NCBI RefSeq assembly: GCF_963921235.1
Contig: NC_086118.1
Span: forward strand, 59,210,001 to 59,274,000
Origin: Mobula hypostoma
Lineage: Eukaryota
Direction: 5' to 3'
DNA length: 64,000 bases
The translations under genes were made by a program, and so were the position numbers. The notes beneath the pieces were generated by a model that was not told the DNA's origin, did not search any database, and saw only the letters and a program-made list of their open reading frames with translations. Positions 26,150 through 39,084 of this stretch are shown one piece after another. Position 1 is the first letter of the stretch. Every line of letters starts with the position of its first letter.

Positions 26150-29100
26150 AGCAGGCCCTTCAGTTCCATCTATGCCATGCCAAAACCATTTTAAACTCCC
26201 ATCAACCGCACCAGGACCGTATCCCTACCATCCATGTATCTGTCCAAACTTCTCTTAAACTTTGAAAGCAACCTTGCATGCACCACTTGTGCTGGCAGCT
26301 CATTCCACACTCCCACGAATAGGTTCCTGTACGTAGGTGACTAAAACTGCATACACAATACTCCAAACCAGGCCTCACCAACATCTTATACAACTTCAAC
26401 ATAACATCCCATCTCCTGTACTCGATACATGGAGAGTGACGTAGTTAATTCAGAAACAAAGGTTCTGAACTTAAAGAGGGGTAACTTTGAAGGTATGAGA
26501 CATGAATTAGCTAAGATAGACTGGCAAATGACACTTCAAGGATTGACGGTGGATATGCAATGGCAGGCATTTAAAGGTTGCATGGATGAACTACAACAAT
26601 TGTTCATCCCAGTTTGGCAAAAGAATAAATCAAGGAAGGTAGTGCACCCGTGGCTGACAAGAGAAATTAGGGATAGTATCAATTCCAAAGAAGTAGCATA
26701 CAAATTAGCCAGAGAAAGTGGCTCACCTGAGGACTGGGAGAAATTCAGAGTTCAGCAGAGGAGGACAAAGGGCTTAATTAGGAAGGGGAAAAAAGATTAT
26801 GAGAGAAAACTGGCAGAGAACATAAAAACGGACTGTAAAAGCTTTTATAGATATGTAAAAAGGAAAAGACTGATAAAGACAAATGTAGGTCCCCTGCAAA
26901 CAGAAACAGGTGAATTGATTATGGGGAGCAAGGACATGGCAGACCAATTGAATAATTACTTTGGTTCTGTCTTCACTAAGGAGGACATAAATAATCTTCC
27001 AGAAATAGTAAGGGACAGAGGGTCCAGTGAGATGGAGGAACTGAGCGAAATACATGTTAGTAGGGAAGTGGTGTTAGGTAAATTGAAGGGATTGAAGGCA
27101 GATAAATCCCCAGGGCCAGATGGTCTGCATCCCAGAGTGCTTAAGGAAGTGGCCCAAGAAATAGTGGATGCATTAGTGATAATTTTTCAAAACTCGTTAG
27201 ATTCTGGACTAGTTCCTGAGGATTGGAGGGTGGCTAATGTAACCCCACTTTTTAAAAAAGGAGGGAGAGAGAAACCGGGGAATTATAGGCCGGTTAGCCT
27301 AACGTCGGTGGTGGGGAAACTGCTGGAGTCAGTTATCAAGGATGTGATAACAGCACATTTGGAAAGCGGTGAAATGATCGGACAAAGTCAGCATGGATTT
27401 GTGAAAGGAAAATCATGTCTGACGAATCTCATAGAATTTTTTGAGGATGTAACTAGTAGGGTGGATAGGGGAGAACCAGTGGATGTGGTATATTTGGATT
27501 TTCAAAAGGCTTTTGACAAGGTCCCACATAGGAGATTAGTGTGCAAACTTAAAGCACACGGTATTGGGGGTAAGGTATTGGTGTGGGTGGAGAATTGGTT
27601 AGCAGACAGGAAGCAAAGAGTGGGAATAAACGGGACCTTTTCAGAATGGCAGGCGGTGACTAGTGGGGTACCGCAAGGCTCAGTGCTGGGACCCCAGTTG
27701 TTTACAATATATATTAATGACTTGGATGAGGGAATTAAATGCAGCATCTCCAAGTTTGCGGATGACACGAAGCTGGGTGGCAGTGTTAGCAGTGAGGAGG
27801 ATGCTAAGAGGATGCAGGGTGACTTGGATAGGTTGGGTGAGTGGGCAAACTCATGGCAGATGCAATTTAATGTGGATAAATGTGAAGTTATCCACTTTGG
27901 TGGCAAAAATAGGAAAACAGATTATTATCTAAATGGTGGCCGATTAGGAAAAGGGGAGGTGCAACGAGACCTGGGTGTCATTATACACCAGTCATTGAAA
28001 GTGGGCATGCAGGTACAGCAGGCGGTGAAAAAGGCGAACGGTATGCTGGCATTTATAGCGAGAGGATTCGAGTACAGGAGCAGGGAGGTACTACTGCAGT
28101 TGTACAAGGCCTTGGTGAGACCACACCTGGAGTATTGTGTGCAGTTTTGGTCCCCTAATCTGAGGAAAGACATCTTTGCCATAGAGGGAGTACAAAGAAG
28201 GTTCACCAGATTGATTCCTGGGATGGCAGGTCTTTCATATGAAGAAAGACTGGATGAACTGGGCTTGTACTCGTTGGAATTTAGAAGATTGAGGGGGGAT
28301 CTGATTGAAACGTATAAGATCCTAAAGGGATTGGACAGGCTAGATGCAGGAAGATTGTTCCCGATGTTGGGGAGGTCTAGAACGAGGGGTCACAGTTTGA
28401 GGATAGAGGGGAAGCCTTTTAGGACCGAGGTTAGGAAAAACTTCTTCACACAGAGAGTGGTGAATCTGTGGAATTCTCTGCCACAGCAAACTGTTGAGGC
28501 CAGTTCATTAGCTATGTTTAAAAGGAAGTTAGATATGGCCCTTGTGGCTACAGGGGTCAGGGGGTATGGAGGGAAGGCTGGGTTCTGAGTTGGATGATCA
28601 GCCATGATCATAATAAATGGCGGTGCAGGCTCGAAGGGCCGAATGGCCTACTCCTGCACCTATTTTCTATGTTTCTATGTTTCTATGATACATTGATTTA
28701 TGAAGGCCAGTGTGCAAAAGATTTCTTTACAACCCTATCTACCTGTGATGTAATTTTCAATTACAGACTGACCTGTATTCCCAGATCCCTTTGTTCTGCC
28801 ACACACCTCAGTGACCCCTACCAAGGTGTAAAATATCGCACTTGTCTGCATTAAGTCTCATCTGCCGTTTTGTTAGTTGATGCAGATCTCTCTGCAAGCC
28901 ATGAGATCACTGTCCACTACGCCCCTGATCTTGGTGTCATCTACAAGTTTGCTGATCCAGTTAACCACATTATCATCCAGATCATTGATACAGATGACAT
29001 AACAAAGGACCCAGAACCGATCCCTGCGGCACACTAGTCACAGGCCTCCAGTTAGATAGGCAACCATCTACTGACACTGGCTTCTCCCACAAAGCCAATG

Positions 29101-30810
29101 CTTCATCCAATTTACTACCTCATCCTGAATACCAAGTGACTGAACATTTTTGACCAACCTCCCATGCGGGGCCTTGTCAAATGCCTTACTAAAGTCCATG
29201 TAGACAACATCCACTGCCTTGCCTTCAACCATTTTCCTGGTAACTTCCTTGAAAAACTTGTAAGATTAGTTAGACATGACATGAACTAGTTAGACATTAG
29301 TTAGACATGCACAAAGTCATGCTGACTATCCTTAAGCAGTCTATACCTATCCAAATACTTATATATCCAGTCTCTTAGAATGCCTTCTAATAACTTCTAA
29401 TAACTAGCTGATGTCAGACTCACCTATAATTTCCTAGTTTATACTTAGAGCCTTTTTTAAACAGCAGATCAATATTGGCTATCCACCAATCCTCTGGTAC
29501 CTCTCATGTCACTAAGGATGATTTAAATATTTTCGCTAGGGCTCTAGGAATTTCTGCACTTGCTTCCTGTAGGGTTTGAGGGAACACCTTGTCAGGCCCT
29601 GGGGATTTATCCATCCTGATTTGCCTCCTCTAATCTGTACAAGATCCATGAAGTTAACATTGTATTGCCTCACTTCTATAGACTCTGTATCCATCTCCTG
29701 AGTAAATACAGATGCAAAAAAAATTTAAGATCTCCCCCGTCTGTCCTGGCTCCACACATGGACTACCATTCCATTCTTCCAGAGGACAACTTGTGTCCCT
29801 TGCAATCCTTTTGCTCTTCACTTATCTATAGAATGCCTTGGGATTCTCCTTCACCTTGTCTGTTAGAGCAACATCATGCCTTTTTTTCAGTCCTCCTGAT
29901 TTCTTTAGTGTTTTCTTGCATTGCTTATACTCCATGAGCACCTCACTTGTTCCTACCTGCCTATACCTTCTATGCACTTTTTTCCCCTTAACCAGGGCCT
30001 CAATAGCTCCTGAAAACCAACGTTCCCTACACCTGTTATCTTCACCTTTTACTCTGACAGGCACATACAAGCTTTGAACTCTCAAAATTTCACTTTTAAA
30101 GGCCTCTCACTTACAAAGTACATCTTTGCCAAAAAACAGCCTGCCCCAATCCACACTTGGCAGATAATTTCTGATAACATCAAAGTTGGCCTTACTCCAA
30201 TTTGGAATCTCAACCTGCGGGCCAGGTCTACATTTTTGCATATTTACTTTGAACCTAATGGCATTGTGGTCACTAAATGCAAAGTGTTCCCCTACACAAA
30301 CTTCCGTCACCTGCTCTGTCTCATTCCTAACAGCAGATCCAGTATCTCACTCTCTCTTGTTGGGACTTTACATATTGATGAAGGAAACTTTCCTGAGCAC
30401 ATTTGATAAACTCTGTCCCATCTAGTCCTTTTACAGTACTGGATTCCCGGTCAATATGTGGAAAGTTAAAATCACCTACTATAACAACCTTATGTTTCTT
30501 ACAACAGTCTGATCTCTCTACAGATTTGTTCCTCTAAGTCCCCAGGACTGTTGGGTGCTCTGTAATAGAACCCCATTAACATGGTCATACCTTTCTTATT
30601 TCTCAGTTCCACCCATAACGCCTCATTAGAGGAGTTCTCCAGCGTTTGCCTGAGCACTGCCGTGACATTTTCCCTTACTATCAACGCCACTCCTTTAACC
30701 CCTCCCACACTGTAACATCTAAAACAATGGATCCCCGGAATATTGAACCGCCAGTCCTGCCTCTCCTGCAAACAAGTCTCACTTAAAGGTGTTACTATCC
30801 CGGAGTCCCA
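26150..30810 (-). mobile_element. Old CR1 LINE, host of the young CR1 at 26431-28686
   Basis: Degenerate endonuclease (LWVELRNKKG...FYYRAPN, FSDHNAIRF) and RT remnants. The sequence is continuous across the insert. Confidence 0.75.
26431..28686 (+). mobile_element. Young 5'-truncated CR1 LINE with an uninterrupted ~719-aa ORF2 (RT), a (TTTCTATG)n tail and a 7-bp TSD
   Basis: Open frame 26429-28588 with all RT motifs. GATACAT is present at both 26424-26430 and 28687-28693. The endonuclease domain is missing. Confidence 0.95.
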
Positions 30811-31100
30811 CCAGCATCTCGGGGTCACCAGTGGTCACAGAAGCCCAACTGGTCTGGTTATATTAATGCACTGACTGCGAGAGATCAGTGCTGGGTACCG
30901 GGCAGGGAGTGCCACACCAAGGCCTCTGCACCATTTGCAGGGCATATGGGGAGATCTGCCAGGAAGTAGACAGGCAGAACAATTCTCTGCTGTGGGGGTA
31001 GGAGCCAGAACCGGGGTCTCTGCATTCACACTGATCTTACAGTAGGTTAAAGGGCTGGCACATGATGGGCTGAAGGGTCTGTACTATGATCCTGGTGTCA

Positions 31101-31214
<114 letters not shown>

Positions 31215-31570
31215 TCAGACAGAATTCTTGCAAGTGTGATGTGGAATATCTCAAGGTCCTCATACAGATTCACTCCCACCACCCACAACCCTGCAGAGCT
31301 CACCCATTGCTGAGGGGAGGGGCTACTGCCATGTTTGTGTCTCAGATTAGTTTTGACACAGTTCTTGTGTCACAGTCACATTGGTTGGAGGCCCAGAGGT
31401 GGCCTGTCCTGGGTCGGAAAGGGGTTGTTCTGCTGAACACTGTGACACCCACGGGCTGTGCCCAGCTCATCCTTGGGTTTTATTGGTTGTTAACACAAAC
31501 AACAAATTTCACCGTATTTCTCGATGTATACGTGGTAAATGAACCTGAGTCTGTATCTGCACGATGGCTA

Positions 31571-31792
<222 letters not shown>

Positions 31793-32661
31793 TTAGAAAT
31801 AGAGTGAAGAGTGGGTACTTCCCCAACAGCTTCCCATCACCACCACACCCCCCACCCATCTCAGGGAAGGTCGGGTGGGCAATGCCGAAACCAGGCTATA
31901 GGAAGGTGGGTAAAGGCAAGGTGACGGTGCGAGAAGATGACCCAGCAGAAGTAGAGTGGTGGGGTGATTTGTCCGTCCTCCTCTGTGTCTGGCCATCTGT
32001 CTGCGTGTGTCTTGGTGCTGGTCTGGGGAAGAGGTTCTGTGCAGAGGGTACAGGGTGTTGGGGACGAGGCTAAAGAACAGGTAGTACTGTAATCGCTAGA
32101 TGCTCCCAGTACCATGTGCTAGTCAGGGCAGCAGTCCGATGATAGTACAGATGAAGGAGTGGAGGCATTTCTGTCCCAGAGGGAGGTGAATCTGTAGAAT
32201 TCATTATCACAAATGACTGTAGAGGCCAAGTCATTGACTATATTTAAAGCAGAGGTTGACAGGTTCTTGATTAGTCAGGCATCAAAGATTACAGAGAGAA
32301 GGCAGGAGAATGGGTCTGAGGGGTGAAATAAATCAGCCATGGTGGAATGATGGAGAGGTTCGATGGGCCCAATGGCCTCATTCTGCTCCTGTGTCTGATG
32401 GTCTTGTTTTCTGCAGTGACTCAGAAAAAGGGCAATGTGGAGAGGAGGTGAAACTCGGTGGAGGCTGGATTCTGACAGATCCATGGGAAGGTGAGAAGAA
32501 CAGGACGTAATGCAGAAGAAGATTCAGCAGAAAGTTGACAAGCAGGACGATCTGTGTGTGATTGATACAGATATATAAAATACACACACACATATTTATT
32601 TATTTATCTATCTATCTAGCCAACTATCTATCTGTCTACCTATTTCGGTGTCAGTGACTCA

Positions 32662-32952
<291 letters not shown>

Positions 32953-35219
32953 CTAGGCCGGGGGGTGGTGGTGTGGGTAGCAAGGGGCATGTTAGCAGAT
33001 GGCGGCACCCTCAGAAACATTAACCACACAGTCTGGGCTGCCACACAGTGGGGCAGATGCAGTAACCAGTGTTCCCTCCCCATGGGGCACAGACCCTGGG
33101 AACTTCGGGGCCAACAAACACACACACACACACACACACACACAGAGGCCACCTGCCCCCTCCTACTTGCTACCATCAGGAAGAGAAAAGTTCATCTCCT
33201 TCCTCAGCAGCCCCTCCCTGCACTAACCAAATACACAGAGTGACGGAGCCTTTGGCTACTCTGCCAATCCACTCCAGTCTGGGTGAGGATTTCTATCTAA
33301 TATCTGTTCCTTACACAGATTCTGCCCCGTAGTTCTAGAGACCCATCTTTCGAATCCATGTGTAAGTGTCCTTCACATTTCCAATGAGATCACTTTTTCT
33401 TTTAAACTGTCGAGATTTAAGTGCCCCAATTGTTGAACTCTATCTTGGTACAACTCCCTTCTCTCGGGAATCCATGTGTGAGACTTGGCCACACTCCCCC
33501 AATGCCACACCTGAATTTGGATTCCATCCCTTTGCAAGCCGTGGGTCCTGTGGTTTGATTCACTAAGTAAATACTGGTTGTAAATTTCAGGACCGTGTGT
33601 TCAAATTAGCTAATCATCCTCAGAACTCCTGAACTTACTTCATTATCAATGGTAGCAAGGCCAGACCAGTGCAGAGAGTTACAGGAGAGGTCCCTTCTGT
33701 AACTCCTGATGAAGGGTCTTGGCCTGAAATGTCAACTGTTTATTCATTTCCATAAATGCTACCTGACCTGCTGACTTTCTCCAGCACTTTGTGTGTGCTA
33801 CCCTCTATAACTCGAGCAGGACATCTTGCCTCTTGCAATAAAGGCCCACATATTGTTCCCTTGCGAAGACTGGACTGGAGGCCGAGAGTTGGCTGTCCTG
33901 GGGTTGGGGGCCTGACTGTGTGGGTGCAATGGGAAAAGGGGCTTGTTTTATAGTGTTCCTTTGGTATTGCTGCTTGTGTTCTGCTGAACGTTGTGGGCAT
34001 GGTATATTGGTATTGGTATATGTGCCAATACTTGCAGGCTGCCCCCAGCACATCCTTGGTTGTGCTGGTTGTTGCATTTCACTGTACCTGTGATAAATAA
34101 ATCTGAATCTAATCATTTCCCAGACCCAACTGTTGTAATTTCTTGTACACAATCGTTGGAACACTGGGGCTCTTTGACACATGCACTCACGCAGTCAGCA
34201 CGACAGGAAACACTACAACACCATCAGTAATCTTTGCCATCTGGTCTGGAGCTGAAGGATCAGCTCTTGCTGACACACTGACAGCTCAGAGTTGGCTTTA
34301 ATACCAAACTCCCTCAGGCACCGCTCTCCAGACGATTCACCGTCAGGAATTACTTGTCTGTTCAATCTGAAGTCTAATTCCGCCCAATGAAGCAGGCCGC
34401 GTTCTGTGGAGGTGTGCAGCTCTACCTCAGCCTTCCCCAGTGCTGTCCACAACATCTTTCAAACTCAGACAACTTGTACCTTCAGTGTGTCTGAGACAGA
34501 TGTGGTGTTAGAACAAGTGATCAAAACAACAGTCAGAGGGTTCTGAAGGAGGGGTGGGGAGCAGATAGGATGAGGAAGAAGGTTTCATACATGTAACCAG
34601 AGCTCTGGGCCCAGGCCGCTGAGGGAAAGGCTGACAGCCATGGAGCATTTGAATCTGGAGACTTTAGGCCAAAACCGGAAGAGTGGAGAGATGAAAGAGT
34701 TGAGTTACCAGGAGTGAGTGTAGAGGCTGTAGAAATGCTGAACCAGGGTCCCACGTTGCTCAGAGAATAAGGACTGACGGTGAACCTGTGGGCAGACTCA
34801 AGGATTTGGGGCCATTTCCAGCCCTGGGGGAAGGAGTCAGTGAGCGGCCATCAAGATTCCGCAGGGAGGCAGTACAGCGTTGTGAGGCAACCTCGAATCA
34901 GAATGGCAAGTCAGGAGTCAGGTGAGAGAGCAAGGATTGATGGGGTGAGGTCAAATGTATGGGGTTGGTCCATCTTGGTCTGGAGGGCAGTGATATGGCT
35001 GAATATGTCACTGGCTCTGGAGGTGAGCAAGAGGAACTTGAGGGACTACAGAGCCACGAGGGACAAGCCAACTGAGGACTAGAGGTGGTCAGGATGGACA
35101 CCCAACATCAGGGGAGAGCAGTGGCTCATCTCCCTTACACACAGCTTACCCCTACCGCACCACCAGGCATCACGCATGCACGCACACTCACTCACTCACA
35201 CACAGTACCAGAATACTGG

Positions 35220-36030
35220 AGGGGGAGAATGTTATTCAAGAAAAGTAATAGGGATAATATGGGAATTATAAAACAGTGAGTGGTATGTAACTGGAGGGCA
35301 AACTATTGGAAAGGATTCTTAGAGACAGGATTTCCGAGCATTTGGAGAAGCACAGTCTGACTGAGAATAGTCAACATGGCTTTGAGAGGGGTAGGTCATC
35401 CCTTACAAGCCTGATTGAATTTTTTGAGTCTACAATGATGAACGTAGAGCAGTAGATGTGGTGTATCTGGATTTTAGTTTGGCGTTCGACAGGATTCCCC
35501 ATGAAAGGCTCATTCAGAAAATGTGATTTTTGTAAATGATTTAGATGAGAAAGCAGAAAAATGGGTTAGTTAATTTGCAGATGTCATGAAGGTTGGTGGT
35601 GTGGGGGACAGGACATTGACAGGATGCAGAGCTGGGCTGAAAAGTGGCAGATGGAATTCAATCCAGAGAGGTGTGATGTGATTCACTTTGAAGGGCTGAA
35701 CTTGAAGGCAGAGTACAGGGTTAATGGCAGGGTTCCTAACAGTGTGGACAAACAAAGGGATCCCCAGCTCCCTCAAAGTTGCCACATATGTTGATAGGGT
35801 GGTTAAGAAGGCAAATCCATGTTGGTCTTCATTAGTCAAGGGATTGAGTTCAAGGGCAAGAAGGTTATGTTGCAGCTCTATAAAACCCTGGTTACACTAC
35901 ACTTGGAGTGTTGTGTTCAGTTCCGGTTGTCTTATTCTAGGAAGGATGTGGAAGCCTTGAAGAAGGTTCAGAGGAGATTTACCAGTGTGGATTACAGAGC
36001 ATGTCTGATGAGGATAGGTTGATCAAGCTA
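35220..36030 (+). mobile_element. Old CR1 RT fragment
   Basis: Remnant VMLQLYKTLVTLHLECCVQF. Confidence 0.7.
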
Positions 36031-37019
36031 CGGAGGGGGCTATGTGGGAGGGAAGGGTTACAGTGATCTTAGGCGAGATTGAAAGATCAACACATGTGGA
36101 CCGAGGGCCTCCACTGCATTGTTCTATATACACATCTCTCTTTCTCTTTCCCTCTCTCTCACTGTCTGGCCCTCTCCCTCTCCCCACACACATACAGTGA
36201 ACCATATGACGGTGAGTGGGGGCTCTCTGTGTAGTGTGACGGTGAGTGGGGGGTCAAGAATGAGAGAGGACAGCACAGGATACGCTGAAGCAAGTGCAGG
36301 TGCAACAGCTGGGAGGCCTTGAGCATGCAGTAACCCCTGGCCTGTGTGTGATGACAAGATCGTCAGCGGAGAAAGGCACAGAGCCACGCTGCCACAAGAC
36401 GGGCACCCTGGCATGAGCGAGTTGCGCTAAAGGCCCACGCACTGCCCCACTGTGCTGACCATAGGACAAAGGAGCAGAAATAGGCCATTGGCCCATTGTG
36501 TCTGCTCTGTCATTCCATCATGGCTGAACTAGTTTCCCTCTCAACCCTATTCCCCTGTCTTCTCTCTGTAACCTTTGAAACTTGACTAACCAAGAACCTA
36601 TCAATCTTCACTTTAAATATACCCAATGACTTGGCCTCCATATCCATCTGTGGCAATGAATTCCACAGATTCAGCACCCTCTAGCTGAAGAAATTCCTCC
36701 TCATCTCTATTCTGGATGGTTCTCCCTCTATTCTGAGGCTGTACCTCTCTGGAAATCTGTAACCGGCGGGGGTTGGGGAGAAGAGGAGCAGCATGTAGGC
36801 ATAGCATAGCAGCAGGCGAGAATACCTACTCCTGGGCACATCACCTCCTGAGGCAGGTTCTCAATGCAGAACACCAACCACACCCTGCCTTTACAAATGT
36901 CACTGTCTTGCCTGGTTCCTCCAGTCGTTAACCAGGCTGGGGCCCAGGTTGGAACTGGACAAACCCACCCACTCCAGGGAAAATCAGACACTCAACAGCC
37001 CAGTTACACCAAGACAGAT

Positions 37020-38045
37020 CTAGGGGCTCCTTCCAATAAGGGTTGGTGTTGGGATCACTTCTTTTAACGCTGTATACAGATGACGGAATAGATGGCTCTG
37101 TTGCCAGGTTTGCAGATGATACAAAGATTGGTGGAGGGGCAGGTAGTGTAGAGGAAACAGGTTGGATGCAGAAGGATTTAGACAGATTAGGGGAATGGGC
37201 AAGGAAGTAGCAAATGAAATACAATGTTGGAAAATGCATGGTCATGCACTTTGGTAGTAGAAATAAACGTGCAGACTATTTTCTAAATGGGGAGAAAATC
37301 CAGGAATCTGAGATGCAGAGGGAGTTCGAAGTCCTTGTGCAGAACGCCCTAAAGGTTAACTTACAGGTTGAGTCAGTGGTGAGGAAGGCAAATACCATCT
37401 TAGTGTTCATTTCAAGAGGTCTAGAATACAAGAGCAGGGATGTGATGCTGAGGCTTTATAAGGCACTGGTGAGGCCTCACCTTGAGTATTGTGAACAGTT
37501 TTGGGTCCCTGATCTTAGAAAAGATGTACTGGCATTGGAGAGGGTCTAGAGGAGGTTCACAAGGAAGATTCTAGGACTTAAAGGATTATCATACGAGGAA
37601 TGTTTGATGGCTCTGGATCTGTACTCACTAGAATTTAGAAGGATGAGGGGGGGATCTCATTGAAACCTTTCAAATGTCGAAAGACCTAGACAGAGTAGAT
37701 GTGGAACAGATGTTTCCCATGGTGGGACAGTCTAGGACAAGAGGGCACAACCTCAGGATAGAGGGGCGCCCTTTCAAAACAGAGATGCGGAGAAATTTCT
37801 TTAACCAAAGGGTGGTGAATTTGTGGAATTTATTGTCACATGCAGCTGTTAAGGCCAGTTTGCTGGGTATCTTTAAGGCAGAGATTGATAGTTTCTTGAT
37901 TGGACATGGCATCAAAGGTTATGGGGAAAAGGCCAGAAATTGGGGTTGAGGAGGAGATTTAAAAAAGATCAGCCATGATTGAATGGAGGAGCAGACCTCG
38001 ATGGGCCAGAAGCCCTAATTCTGCTCCTATGTCTTATGGTCTAAT
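37020..38045 (+). mobile_element. CR1 LINE 3' fragment
   Basis: FADDTKIG and LYKALVRPHLEYC motifs plus a CR1 3' UTR. Confidence 0.8.
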
Positions 38046-38770
38046 ACCAGGCACTGCTCACACTGAGCAGGTTACGGAGGAGTGGGAAGCTGCCTGTAGC
38101 AGCACAGCGGGGAGATGCAGGAGGGAAGAACGCCGGACAGGAGGAGGAGCAGACATGAGTGAATGAGAGGGATGGCCACGGTAGCACAACACTATTACAG
38201 CTTGGGGCACCAGAGTTCAGAGTTCAATTCCAAAGTCAGCTATAAGGAGTTTGTACATCCACCCCATGAAATGTGTAGGTTTCCTCTGGGTGACTTGGTT
38301 TCCTCCCACGGTGCAAAGATGTACCAGTTAGTGGGTGAATTGGTGATTGTAAATTGTCCTGTGATTAGGCTGGGGGTAAGTGGCCAGTTGCTCGGCGGTG
38401 CAGCTCAGAGGGCTGGAAGGTTGTATCTCTGTGTCTTCAGAAGTGCATCTTCCTTGAATTACCACAGCTGCTTTGACCCAGCCACCCACTGCCCTCATAC
38501 TAGATGGGAGGTTACTGGATACACTCGCTCTCAGAAACTAATACAGAAAGGTCGGCCCTCCCTCACACAGCGACTCCCTTTCAAATAGCAGGTTGTTTAA
38601 AATGTTGAATAAATCTGGGGAAACAGTTGCAGTGGGTTCACAGTCAAAGTGTCCCTCAGCCTGAGGGTTTATCCCTTGGCTATCTGTGATGGTCCCAGTT
38701 CTGGCTAGGGGCTGCCCTCTCCTACCTGACTCTCCCCCCCACCCCCCCCAACCCCAGGTTCCCCTAGTAC

Positions 38771-39084
38771 CTGCAGAGAGAAGTAAAGGCAGGCAACAGG
38801 AATAGACGGCAGCATGCTGAGTGGGATGAAGTGAGCCAGCACTAGCAAGGTGGACAGAACTTCAAAGAAGCAGAGCAGGAAGTCCTCCGCACAGGCCGGG
38901 ATCCGGTTGTCGATGGTGTCCACGTCCTGTGAGAAGCGGTTCATAATTCGGCCGGCTGGGGTCAGCTCAAAGAACTGCATGGGACAGCGGAGGGTGTGGT
39001 TAAGCAGGTGAGCATGCAGGAGGCTAGAGGCACGGACACAGCACACTACAAATAGCAGATGTGACGTAACGTAGGACAGCGCGC
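38771..39084 (-). CDS. ABCC3: Duplicate ABCC3 exon 23 ('23b', 314 bp), candidate mutually exclusive exon
   Basis: Stop-free: (G)ALSYVTSHLLFVVCCVRASSLLHAHLLNHTLRCPMQFFELTPAGRIMNRFSQDVDTIDNRIPACAEDFLLCFFEVLSTLLVLAHFIPLSMLPSIPVACLYFSLQ. Acceptor ccctgttctcatccacag with a TAAC branch-like motif; donor CAG|GTACTA. Phase 1 to phase 0, the same as exon 23a. Confidence 0.85.

Noticed and set aside
26429-28588. 719-aa RT ORF as a domesticated or autonomous gene
   Set aside because: It is a 5'-truncated CR1 lacking ORF1 and the endonuclease. The ATG sits at the TSD junction, and intactness is explained by young age.
36250-36990. Further exon-23-like fragments (FSADDLVITHR, RQDSDICKGR) on the - strand
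   Set aside because: Similarity is limited to a few residues, with no matching splice sites or phase.
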